The notes under the pieces were generated by a model. The model was not told where the DNA came from and searched no databases. It saw only the letters and a list, made by a program, of their open reading frames with translations. Below are positions 1-11,799 of a stretch of DNA of 64,000 nucleotides, one piece after another. Source of the DNA: Malacoraja senta (lineage: Eukaryota); contig CM075986.1 of the NCBI GenBank assembly GCA_038087875.1, positions 18,042,001 to 18,106,000 on the forward strand. Direction: 5' to 3'. Position numbers and translations under genes: made by a program. Each line of letters starts with the position of its first letter. Position 1 is the first letter of the stretch.

Positions 1-2344
1 CATTGCGTCAGCACTGGCCAGTTGTGACATAAACAGGAAAAGCTGGTTATCTGAAAGGATTCAATTCACCATTGAGCCCCGAGGGCAGTGAGCTGGAGTG
101 GTGCTCCTCAGGCAGGTCACATTGGTCCCTGTTGGACCAGGAGTGGAGACTAAAGCTAGGGAGATCAGAGTGGGTGTTGCAGAGTCTGCGCCTACTGCTG
201 AGGGAGGAGGGGTGGGGGGTAGCCATAGTTCTGCCACTAAACAGGAATTTAAACGTGCTGAAGCCAGTCATAGTCAGGAAGATAATTAGAATGTAATTCG
301 TTAGAATAACAAATACAGAGATCATGGGTCCAATGGGTTTGAATGTTGCCATTGTGATTTGAACAATAAATGGTACAATTGTAGTTTACTCTATGGTTCT
401 GATCAACCATCTAGCTCATTGCATTCAGATATTCGAGACAACATTTGTCCGTGCTCAAGCCCCACGCTGTTTATCTTTTATATTTATTTCCATAAAACAT
501 AGACCCAGATTTTATGGTCGGCAATGTAGCATTGGCGTTCACAGGTGAGCTTGGAGCCAAAATATTTCTGTGGCTTGGGCATTCTCTTAAACAGTGCCCA
601 ACCCTGTTAGGCATCGACTCAGTGGAGTCTCTGGGAGCTGGGGGCTTTGGGCAGTTGATTGCTGTAACAAAGTCAGGAGAGGAAATGTATAATTAATCTT
701 TTAACTAGTTGCAGAGCTCCAACAAAAAAAAATCCGAATGTATACCGTGTAGATGTTAAAGCGTTGTAAAATAACGTCATAAATAGTTCATTTGTGAAAA
801 TCAAATTATGCTTTAAAATTAGTCTTTTGGGGCCAGAGTCAAAAGTTGCTTGTCAGAATTTGTTGTGCTACATGCTGTTTATAAGCCCATTAAACCTAAT
901 GCGACAAGTACATTCCATTTGCATCAGCGGATCATGTTTCTTTGCATAGAAATTGGTCCTCTTGATGAACTGAGCATGGGACAAGGTGCATCTTAATCAA
1001 GCGGTCAGTGATCACCGCACACAGCCCAGCACTGAATCATGCACATACCAGCTTCAGTGAAGAGAGCACCATTGATTCATTTCTCATAATGCTGGCTATT
1101 GAAAACTCTGGCTGTGTACCCGTCGATGTCACAGCACAAACTTTAAAATTGCCAAACCATTTCTGAGCCCCGTTCTGTGAAGGAACATCAGAGTTTAAAA
1201 GTTGGGATCTGACAGTTCTTTTACGCTGGCCTTGGAGAGATGTTTGCTGCTGCCTCGTGGAATCGTCGTGCCCACAACACTGCTGGGCAGATGTTATTTG
1301 CCCAAAGGTTGTCTTGGGCCAATTTCCTATTATGCACCATTTTAGCTGAAGGTCATCGCCACCATGATCTACCCCAGGTGGAACTGCTTTCATACACGAT
1401 TTATACATTAAAAGATGTGTGTACAATGACCCCAACCTCTAGGCTGATATCTCACTAAAAGGAAGGCATTGTTGACATGCTGTGCACCTTGTGTACCGTA
1501 CAGAGTACGCGCTTAAGTTCAGGGCTGGCACTTGAACATGTGGGTGAGGGACAAGAGAATGAAGGGATCTCATGCAATTATGGCTTGTTTTATTTAACTA
1601 GTGCAACCTAAACTCCTCCTCAATCTATAACCAACACATGCAACATCTTAGAAATTGCACTTGGGGTTGTTGCTCCACAGTGATACATGGAATTCTATTT
1701 TCAGTGTCTTGGATACTGTATCGTAGCAGCTTTGTTGCAAACCCCTTTTCAAGTTTAATGCCTTTGAGGTCGACAGATCCAAACTTCAAAATCAGGGGGC
1801 AATTTGCAGTGATTACTATATTGTATATTTGGGAAGTAGGAACAGGGATAGGAATACTTTATTGTCACATGCGACTAGGTACAGTGAAATGATTTGCTTG
1901 CATACACAATGTATACAAATAGCTGTACCACACAAAGTAGGGACCTCGGGCAAAGACCAAAGTGCTGGAGGAACTCAGCAGGTTATGCAGCACCAGTGGA
2001 GGGAATGGACTGACGATGTTTTGTGTTGGGACCCTTCTTCCCAGGCGTTGTTTGTCCATTCCTTCCACAAATGCTGCCTGAACCACTGAGTTCATCCAAC
2101 ACTTTGTCTTTTGCTCAATATTCCAGCGTCTGCGGGCTTTTGTTGACTCCAGAGAAGGATCTCGCTGACATTCTGCAGCGGTGTATTCAGGGGTAGATTT
2201 CAATTTTTCACTTTCCATTGTGATGGAGGGTGGGGATGGATAGATTTCTGGTGCAATACAGATATTGAATACATTTTTATAACAACCCCTTCAATTGAGA
2301 ATGCGATTCATTTTCCACCAAACTTGTATCTAACTATTGAACCA

Positions 2345-2782
2345 CCGCTCGGTTCACAATAACCAACCTGATCTCCCGGTGGCTCAGCACTTCAACTCCC
2401 CCCTCTCATTCCGAATCCGACCTTTCTGTCCTGGGCCTCCTCCATGGCCAGAGTGAGCACCACTGTAAATTGGAGGAGCAGCACCTCATATTTCGCTAGG
2501 GCAGTTTGCACCCCAGCGGTATGAACATTGGTTCTCTAATTTCAGGTAGTCCCTGCTTTCTCCTCCCCTTCTCAGCTCTCCCTCAGCCCACTGGCTCCAC
2601 CTCTTGCTTTCTTCTTCCCACCCCCCCCCCCCCCCACCAACCCTCACATCAGTCTGAAGAAGGGTCTCGACCCGAAACGTTGCCTATTTCCTTCGCTCCA
2701 TAGATGCTGCCTCACCCGCTGAGTTTCTCCAGCATATTTGTCTACCTTCGATTTTCCAGCATCTGCAGTTCCTTCTTGAACA
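2345..2782 (+). mobile_element. Penelope-like retroelement 3' fragment (GIY-YIG end plus terminal repeat)
   Basis: Encodes ...VAQHFNS...LSVLGLLH...KLEEQHLIF..G.LHPSGMNI, then the ctgaagaagggtctcgacccgaaacg repeat. Confidence 0.8.
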
Positions 2783-2982
2783 TTCTAACTATTGAAAGGT
2801 TGGTTTGCAATTCATTATGCCTTTCACAATCGTGGCAATCTAAGCAGCTTGCAGCCAATTAAGTACTTTAAAGGCATTGTCCCTGTTAAAATGCAGGAAA
2901 CTTTCAATCAGTGGATAATATATTTTTGCTGATGGCTATATTAACAACTTGGAATCAGCAACCAAGGCACAAACAGAATTGT

Positions 2983-3010
2983 CTGAAGAAGGGTCTCGAC
3001 CCGAAACGTC
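2983..3010 (+). ncRNA. Minimal type-I hammerhead-ribozyme-like core in a Penelope-derived repeat (representative copy)
   Basis: CUGAAGA-a-GGGU(CUCG)ACCC-GAAAC-GUC; similar copies at 2654, 27161, 54351 and elsewhere on both strands. Confidence 0.65.
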
Positions 3011-4032
3011 GCCTATTCCTTCTCTCCATAGATGCTGCCTCACCCGCTGAGTTCCTCCAGCATTTCTGTCTACCCACAGAATTACAGAGGTGTTTCTGTA
3101 ACCTGCCCGGACACAACTGTAAACTGTGTGTGACGTATGTTCATGTAATAACCTGTGAGCTGGCATAAAATCTACAATTACTGAGGCCGACTTCCCACAT
3201 CATCATTTCCAGACATAATCAACAGCTGTAAATCACTAGAAAATGTCACAGAATCATGTGAATTGGCTCATATAAAATTATTGTTATCATAGACTTAACA
3301 TATATGTGCAGAGGAAGAGGCCTTGCATCCCATCATGGCCCTGATGGGCAAATATAGAACTCTTTTGGCTATTCCCACTCTTTATCCAGTTGCAATGTAA
3401 ATGAAGTTTGGATTTCTGCTTCGAGCACCCTTGAGTTCTAGATTTCCACCACACTTTGGTAAACAACTTTTTCTTCTAATCCTATCACCTAAAACTACAT
3501 TTGCATGTTATTGACCTCCCTGCTGAGGGAAATGGGTTCTTCCTGCTCACACTCATGACTTTTTAAAGCTGATTTAATTTCCCCTTGGCACCCTTTGTTC
3601 CAAAGACAACAACCCCAGTGTAGCCAGTCCGTTCAGAATTGAGCTTCTTCAGCCCTGACACTGCAGCACTGGTAATATATCAACTTGTGCTCCTCTAGCT
3701 GTGAGCTATCCTGCGTCTTGTACTATTTCACAATAACCTTCCACTCCTATTCTGGCCAATAAAACTAAAATCCTGCACTCCACCTCATTTAGGTGCACAA
3801 AATACTTCCCTTTATTGGCCCCAACCTGTCCTGTTATCTTCCAGGGATGTCTCTACCTGTGGCCAAAGGTCCTACCGTTCCTCCCTGTGACAAGACTATG
3901 GGAGCAGCAGTGGGTAACGTGACCATTCAAGGCTGCCTAACCATTCAATGTCATGATGGTTGATCCACCCGGTCGTCAACACTTAATTTTTCAATTCCAT
4001 TTCTTTGCTCTCCTCACAGACATTAATTCACA

Positions 4033-4325
4033 TTTTAGTTTAGTTTAGAGATACAGCTTGGAAACATGCCCTTCGACTCACCGAGTCCACGCCAACCTGT
4101 TCCACACTAGTTCTGTTATCCCAATTTCCTTATTCACTCCTTACACACCAGGGGCAATTTACAGAGGACCATTAACCTACAAACCTGCATGTCTTTGGGA
4201 TGGGGGAGGAAACTGGATCACCCAGAGGAAACCCACGTGGTTACAGAGAGAACCTGTCAACTCCACATAGACAGCACCCAGGGGCAGGATCAAACCTGGG
4301 TCTCTGGCGCTATGAGGTAGCAGGT
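4033..4325 (-). mobile_element. HE1/V-SINE-like tRNA-derived SINE
   Basis: Reverse complement of the SINE seen at 11493; (tttag)n tail. Confidence 0.8.
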
Positions 4326-4619
4326 CTTGAAAGTAATGATTCAACTGAATCAATAGTTCAAACTAATATTATGTAAGAAAATGACATTTTATTTTAAAAC
4401 TTGCCACAGGGTGTGAAGCAATGCTGGGCCCTTCCACTCAAATTAGCTGGAGAAATTGATGACAGTCTGGTACCCAGCCAAATGATGATAAATGTGCATT
4501 GGCATTGGTAGGGAGCTTGGCCTCTAATTGCTTCTGACCAGCATTAATTCTTTGGCTGCTTGTACAACAGTCTGGTTTTTTAACATTTTGCAGGAGCGGC
4601 AGATGCGCTGAAGCGTCAC

Positions 4620-4819
4620 NNNNNNNNNNNNNNNNNNNNNNNNNNNNNNNNNNNNNNNNNNNNNNNNNNNNNNNNNNNNNNNNNNNNNNNNNNNNNNNNN
4701 NNNNNNNNNNNNNNNNNNNNNNNNNNNNNNNNNNNNNNNNNNNNNNNNNNNNNNNNNNNNNNNNNNNNNNNNNNNNNNNNNNNNNNNNNNNNNNNNNNNN
4801 NNNNNNNNNNNNNNNNNNN
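4620..4819. other. Assembly gap (200 N)
   Basis: Run of n. Confidence 1.
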
Positions 4820-5435
4820 GTGTGGGAGGAAACTGGAGCACCTGGAGAAAGCCCATGCAGTCACAGGGAAGAATGTACAGACAGCACCTGCAGTCGGGAT
4901 CGAACCCGGGTATCTGGCACTGTAAGGCAGCAACTTGCCACTGCGCCACCCCAATTCTTTTCCCTTCAAACTGAATTAATTGGGAACAAAATTTAGGATT
5001 CACAAGAGTTGTATTACATTATCAAAACAAAGGACCAAGTCAAATATAAGTAAATCACCAGAATCCTGCATAAATTGCCATTACAAATGGGAAGAAAATA
5101 ACAGTCAGTGAACTCTTTGATGTGTTCATGTTTTAGATCTTTATGAAACAATATTTCTTCCAGGTGCTTTCATTTTATCAAGAATCCCATCCATCGGCAT
5201 TCCCTCTAGTCGTGTTAGACCAAACCTGTATATTCCGATATCTATTGCAGTGATGTAGAATTGGGAAAAGATCCTTGGATGCTACAATGTCCAAAGTACT
5301 TTTCTCAACGCTTGACAGCTTTATGTGGTGAAACGATGACTTCATTTGATGTATAATGTACATTAATAGTGAACAAGCCGACTCTGCCAACAATATGAGA
5401 GTTAGCTGGAATTACTTTCTTCTTTATTATTTCAG

Positions 5436-5656
5436 GTACCTAAAACGTTTCAGAGCAATGAAGAATAAGGTTCTGCAGAGGTGGAGCAGACAGATCTTGA
5501 AGGGTCTTCAGTTCTTGCACACCCGATCTCCTCCCATTATCCACCGGGACCTGAAATGTGACAACATCTTCATCACTGGTCCCACTGGCTCGGTAAAGAT
5601 TGGAGACCTTGGTCTTGCAACTCTCAAAAGTGCCTCATTTGCAAAGAGTGTGATAG
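5436..5656 (+). CDS. WNK4: WNK4 exon 3 (kinase: YLKRF...[10 protein letters not shown]...[21 protein letters not shown])
   Basis: ttcag|G acceptor, G|gtaaaa donor, 221 bp; catalytic loop and DLG motif. Confidence 0.97.
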
Positions 5657-7454
5657 GTAAAACGCATTACGATCATGTACATCCTTGTGAATCCAGTTAG
5701 CAGGGCAGAAAGCAGTTGAAGGCTGCCTTATCTCACGTAAGCAGGCTCCATGAAATATTTCTCAGAAACTAGATCATTTCATGCAATACCACGGATATGA
5801 TTACAAATTAATTTCTGTTGAAATTTAAAGAGACCATTCTGATTTGGGCAAAGTCCACAATTTCTGTTTGGTTCCCTCCATGCGATTACATGCAATGAAC
5901 CATGGAAAAGACAGCGTAGTGTATTGACTGGTTGGCTATTCTAGGGCTTTGATCCCAGGTGAGGGGGAAGGGAAGGGTGGGGGGGGGGAAGCTTATGGGG
6001 GAAGGGGGTTTGTTGGAAAGGGTTCCAGGAGGAAGGGCTTGAGTAGGGAGGGGGGGCCCAAGGGGGATGTGACTTGAAGGGTGTTGCTGGTGCTTGGGAA
6101 CATGTTCCTGGGCCTGTGGAGATTGGAGCTTGCCTTAGGTAGGCCCTCCTCAAGCAATATATTTTTACCTGTAGCCTCTCGGATCTTTTGCTGGTGGAAA
6201 GCAATGTTGACATAATGTGAATACTGTCAGTGAATGTAGTGATACGCTTGGCAGAGTGGATGGAAGGTGAATGTCCTGTAATTGGAAATTTAATGAATAA
6301 CATCTATTTTTGGATAAAGAAATTCCATGGCGATGACTTTTCCCTCGGCGTTCCTCTCTCTTCCAAGTCATTACCATCACTCATTCCAACCCCATTTCAT
6401 GGATCAATCAGTCTGAAGAAGGGTCCCGACCTGAAACGTCACAAATGCATGTCCAGAGATGCTACCTGGCCCAATGAGTTATTCCAGCCCTCCAGATTCC
6501 AACATCTCCAGTTCCTTGTGTCTACATTTCCAAGATCGTTCATCTGCCATCTGGATGCTCCTCACCAATTTCTGCCTCACTGGTGGTTTACCTGAGATTG
6601 TCTCTTTTCCCCAGCCAAGCGGAAACCCACCATACCCATCAATGAGGCAGTTTAATTATTCCGAATGATTGCCGCACTGTTTCATGACCACCTAACTTGG
6701 AGCAACTGTTAAAACAAATGCAAGAAACATTGCAACCAACGTAACAGCAGTCAGACAAGGACTTTACGATTACATGCACCCAGCAGTGCCAGAGTTAATG
6801 GGTTGGAGCGTGAATTTAAGAAATTTCATTTCTGTCTAAGTAGCTTTGATGTTCTAATAAGGTCCCAGGCTGTGACCCGCATTCATCTTGTGACCTGCAC
6901 TTCCTCTGTACAAAATTGGCACAGTTCCCGAATGAATAGGTTTGTGCTCTCACTTTAAAATCCATGACATCCAATTTATGTCTTAAAAAGTATGCACAAC
7001 CCGCAGAAAATATTCTAGTATCAATCGCAGAGTGACGTAGCCAACAATAGCTTATCCAAACTGGAATGAAGGCTCATGCTGGGGCAGAATACGGGGTACC
7101 CATGTTTTGCATTTGATCTTTTCTGTCCCCACTCTAAAATTGCATTAAGCTACTTAGAATTAATGCGTAATCTCCTATTTTATTGACCAAAGGCTAGAAT
7201 GGATTTAATGTGGAGACAATGAAACATTCAGCTGGCGATAGTCTGTACTTGAGCCAAATGTTCAAGGTTATTTAACGCAATGCTCTGAAAAGGTCAACAA
7301 ATGCATATGGTTGCGTACGAGCCAAATCCGTTTAAAAAAAAAAAGTGGGCAAGAAACACTGTCTCTTTGATGAAGTATTTGTAGAATAATCACCAACAAA
7401 GTCGAGTGGAAGCACTGCACGAACACATTTATTTGGCCAACAGATCGACTGGGA

Positions 7455-7705
7455 TAACTTCAGATAGCCCTTGCTTTCTCTCTCCATCCCCTTCCCCTTC
7501 CCCTTCCCAATTCTCCCACTAGTCTTACTGTCTCCGACTACATTCTATCTTTGTCCCGCCCCCTCCCTGACATCAGTCTGAAGAAGGGTCTCGACACGAA
7601 ATGTCGCCCATTCCTCCTCTCCAGAGATGCTGCCTCACCCACTGAGACTCCAGCATTTTGAGTCTACCTTTGATTTAAACCAGCATCTGCAGTTCTTTCT
7701 TACAC
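7455..7705 (+). mobile_element. Penelope-like terminal-repeat fragment
   Basis: Same 3' sequence as 8940-9170; flanked by the direct repeat acagatcgactgggata. Confidence 0.75.
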
Positions 7706-8208
7706 AGATCGACTGGGATAGTGAGATCTATGGATGTACTGAGAATAGCGAGTATCTGGAAATAGGAACAAGAGCATTTGACTGTAAACAAAGTGGAAGT
7801 CATCAAAGTAAGCCTGTCACCACACATACTGTCATGAAAGAGCAAGAGAATTTATGCTTAAGAAGTAATAGTTAATACAGGGACAGAACACATACCAGCA
7901 TTGCTCCCTTATTTAGCTTTAATTCAACATTTGTAATATTCACTTTCAGATCATAAGGAGTAGAATTAGACCATTCGGCCCATCAAGTCTACTCTGCCAT
8001 TCAATCATGGCTGATCTAGATCTCCCTCCTAACCCCATTCTCCTGCCTTTTCCCCATAACCTCTGACACCTGAATTTGTTTTACCTATTTACTTGAATAT
8101 CTCTGGTGAAAATTAACAGGGAAGAGTTCCTTATAATGTTGTGTGAATAATCAATTAATTGTGGTGTGTTTAATCAAAATCCCAAACGTGAAACATGACA
8201 GCATTTAA

Positions 8209-8412
<204 letters not shown>

Positions 8413-8623
8413 TAGTTTTCTTGATTTTAAGAATTAAAGCCACTGCCTGGTCAAAACGAACAACCCGAGAATGAAATGGTTGGCTTATATTAGCAGAGTC
8501 AGAACACAAATGTATTATTGTACCGCTTCGTTCAAAATGAAGAGGTGAATTCCCGAGTTGAGACTGCCTTTGGCATTGAGGTAATGTCGGATTAAGTCTC
8601 GTATCAAGGGGTCCAAGCAAGCC

Positions 8624-8670
8624 GTGTGTGTGTGTGTGTCTGTGTGTGTTTGTCTGATTGTCTGTCTGTC
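8624..8670. repeat. (GT)n/(GTCT)n microsatellite
   Basis: gtgtgtgtgtgtgtgtctgtgtgtg...tctgtctgtc. Confidence 0.85.
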
Positions 8671-8714
8671 TTTAGGCCAGTTGAGTACTCCAGCCTCAAC
8701 AGGTGTTCAGACCA

Positions 8715-9170
8715 GATTTAGCGGAGACCAAGTGCAAGCTCGGCGATCGTTTCTCTGGACACCTTCGGTCAGTCCGCCTAGAACGACCTGATCTCCTGGC
8801 TCAACACTTTAACTCCCCTTCCCATTCGCACACTGACCTTTCTGTCCTGGGCCTTCTCCATTGTCAGAGTGAGGCCCAGCGCAAATTGGAGGCACAGCAC
8901 CTCATATTTTGCTTGGGTAGTTGACACCCCAGCGGTATGAACATTGACTTCTTTAACTTCAAGTAGCCTTTGATTTCCCTCTCTCTCCACCCCCTCCTCC
9001 TTCCCAGTTCTCCAACCAGTCTTACTGTCTCCGACTACATTTTATCTCTGTAGCGCCCACATCAGTCTGAAGAAGGGCCTCGACCCGAAACATCACCCAT
9101 TCCTTCTCTCCTGTCCCGCTGAGTTACTCCAGCATTTTGTGTCTATCTTCGATTTAAACCAGCATCTACA
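8715..9170 (+). mobile_element. Penelope-like retroelement fragment (GIY-YIG endonuclease C-terminus plus terminal repeat)
   Basis: ORF 8703..8924: ETKCKLGDRFSGHLRSV...AQHFNSPSHSHTDLSVLGLLHCQSEAQRKLEAQHLIFCLGS. Confidence 0.85.
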
Positions 9171-11492
9171 CATTTTGGCGGAAACTAGATTGAATTTACC
9201 ATCCTGTTCTCATGTCCACCCATTGTCTGGTTACCCCTGGACAACATTATAATCTGAGGCTTGTACCAGGAATCGATGAAGGACGAGGCCAATTTTCAGC
9301 GAGTCAAGAGATTCCGTCTTCAAATTTTTATTTTTTACAACAGGAAGGTTTTGTTGCTTTTCAATGAGGGGTCAATTTCCCAGTTGCCTCTCTCCATCAC
9401 CACAGACCGACTTGTCCCCACCCCACATCCCAGTCACTCAAACCCTCTGGTATCACCAACCCAGTAATGTCAATGTTGGAACACACTAGGGGTTTACAAG
9501 GGCATTCTTACACAATAACATTGCTAATTGTCCCGGTTGGAATTAGGACTGAACAATCAGTTATGTTTCATTGCCCGCTGAAAGTCAGAGTGCCTCGTTG
9601 TATTGTGCAAGAGTTAAATGTTAACATTGTGGAAATATACCCGTGGCTAAAATGGTAATGCCTTGAAGCTAAATGTTTCTCAATTAGTTGTGCATTAAAC
9701 CATTTCTTAAACCAACGCAAATTGCTCTCTTTGAAGTGCTCAGGAAAAGGAAAGGCGTTTGTCTAAGAGTTTGGATAATCGTTGAGATCCTGATTGAAAG
9801 AACAGGCTGGATGAAGTGACTCTGAGGCAAGTGGAACAAGATGGTGCATTTCAGGAAGAGTAAGGGAGGGCAGTCTGTCAAGTGACGATGTATGTGGTTT
9901 TCAGGGAAGTGAGCAGCACTGTAGTGCAGCTGTTAGTATTGAATTGAATCCTGACCTCGAGGTTCTGTCTCTGTTTGCACATTGCTCTGTGATTGCTTGG
10001 GCTTCCTACATCTGCTTCTGTTTACTGCTCTCATCCCAAAGGTGGGTGGGCTCATGGGTTAATTGGCTGCTGTAAATTACCCCTAGTTTAGGCACTTGGC
10101 AAACGAATTGGGGAGATTGTTGAGAGAGGTTGCAGGAAAAGCAGAGGGTGGGGGAATGGGGCCGATGGGAATGCTCTAGGACCTGGCATTGACAGCGGGC
10201 CACATGGCCTTTGATGTCATAAGAAAATTAAACACAAATTTGAGAACATTTAGATAGGTCTTGTGCCAGTTCTTGCCTCGTACCTTTAATAGTTTGCTGA
10301 TGTCTAAAATTGTTCTCTTGCACTTGATCTAAGATCTTTCAAAAAGCATCTTTAAAAAGGATTCATCGGTTCATTGTCTTCATGTCAAATACAAAGGACC
10401 CACAGCATATGTCTTAGAGAGAATGACGGGCATGGCTGCTCACTAAACAGGGCATATGCTGCACTAGAGTCACCAGATCTGTTAGAATAACTCATCTTGA
10501 TAGCTTTTATGCACCCATACTCGTAGAAAGCTTTTAGAAAGCCTCTCCACTGAAGATATTTGTACATTTGAAGCATCTGGTGTTATTATTTACCTGTGCT
10601 GTATTGAGAAATGAATGGAGTTTGCAGGTGGAAAGTGAATGTGGATCGATTTGGAGCAGATTGGTGATTACTGTAACAACGGAGTTGGCCTTTGGAGCTG
10701 CTGCTAACTAGGTGTAGGTAGATTATTTGCAAGTTTGTGTAACTCTCGGTGATATTTCCTTACAATAAGCATATTTAAAATGCGTTTATCTTGATTAATT
10801 CACTGGATGTATTCAAGAGTGAGTTGGATATAGCTCTTAGGGCCAACGGAATCAATGGATATGGGGTGAAATCAGGAACGGGGTACTGATTCTGGATGAT
10901 CGAATGGCCTACTCCTGCACCTACTTTCCATGTTTCTAAGTGCAGAGTTAGTCATCTGGATGCTTTGATTGGGAAATCTGGCGCGCAGTTGTTATTTTGC
11001 GACAGTTTCAATTTTCCCAGCTTGGCCAGGGAGACGTGGGGGTCGGCAGCAGCGGGAGGATGGGACTACGAGTGAATGGGCAATTGGCATGGCAGTGACT
11101 GGCTTTACAGTGGGAGGAAATGGTGGTGTGGTGACTATGTTTCCAGACTGCGATCTAGAGGCCTGGGGAAGTGATCCTGCTGGTGTGGGTTCATATCCCA
11201 CCAACATAAATTCAATTCCCATTAAATTCCCAAAATCAATTTCAGGGGAAGGTATATGGTACGCAGTGGCCGCAGCTGATGACAGATTTCAGTACACATG
11301 ACCACTCGCCTGTCACTGAGGTTTAGATACTGATTCCTCCACGTGTGGGAGCTGGTGGCTTGTGCCAAAACCTTGGAATCAGTGTAAAGACCTTAAGTGT
11401 GAGCCCAAAACATGCATCTTTAGAAATTTTAAAGAACTTAAAAACACCAAACACTGACACACCTGAAGAAAATCAGTGGAAGTCTCAATCAC

Positions 11493-11799
11493 GGGCGGCA
11501 CGGTGGTGCAGCGGTAGAGTTGCTGCCTTACAGCGCCAGGGACCCGGGTTCGATCCTTACTACGGGTGCTGGTCTGTACAGAGTGTGTACGTTGTCCCCG
11601 TGACCTGCGTATGTTTTCTTCGGGATCTCAGGTTTCCTCCAACACTCCAGAGACGTACAGGTTTGTAGATTAATTGGCTTGGTCTAATTGTAATTTGTCC
11701 CTAGAGTGTGTAGGATAGTGTTAGGGTGCGGGGATCGCTGGTCGGCATGGACTCGGTTGGCTGAAGGGCCAGTTTCCGCGCTGTATCTCTAAACTAAAA
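11493..11799 (+). mobile_element. HE1/V-SINE-like SINE, full length
   Basis: tRNA-like head with A/B boxes (tggtgcagcgg...ggttcgatcc), central core, CR1-type tail ...ctgtatctctaaactaaa. Confidence 0.88.

Noticed and set aside
1037-1458. Overlapping ORFs of 132 aa (-) and 72 aa (+)
   Set aside because: No recognisable domain or splice support.
4524-5003. Long ORFs across 4.5-5.0 kb
   Set aside because: Artefact of the N run plus a SINE.
11493-11570. tRNA-like sequences with A/B boxes
   Set aside because: They are SINE heads continuing into SINE core and tail; no complete cloverleaf.
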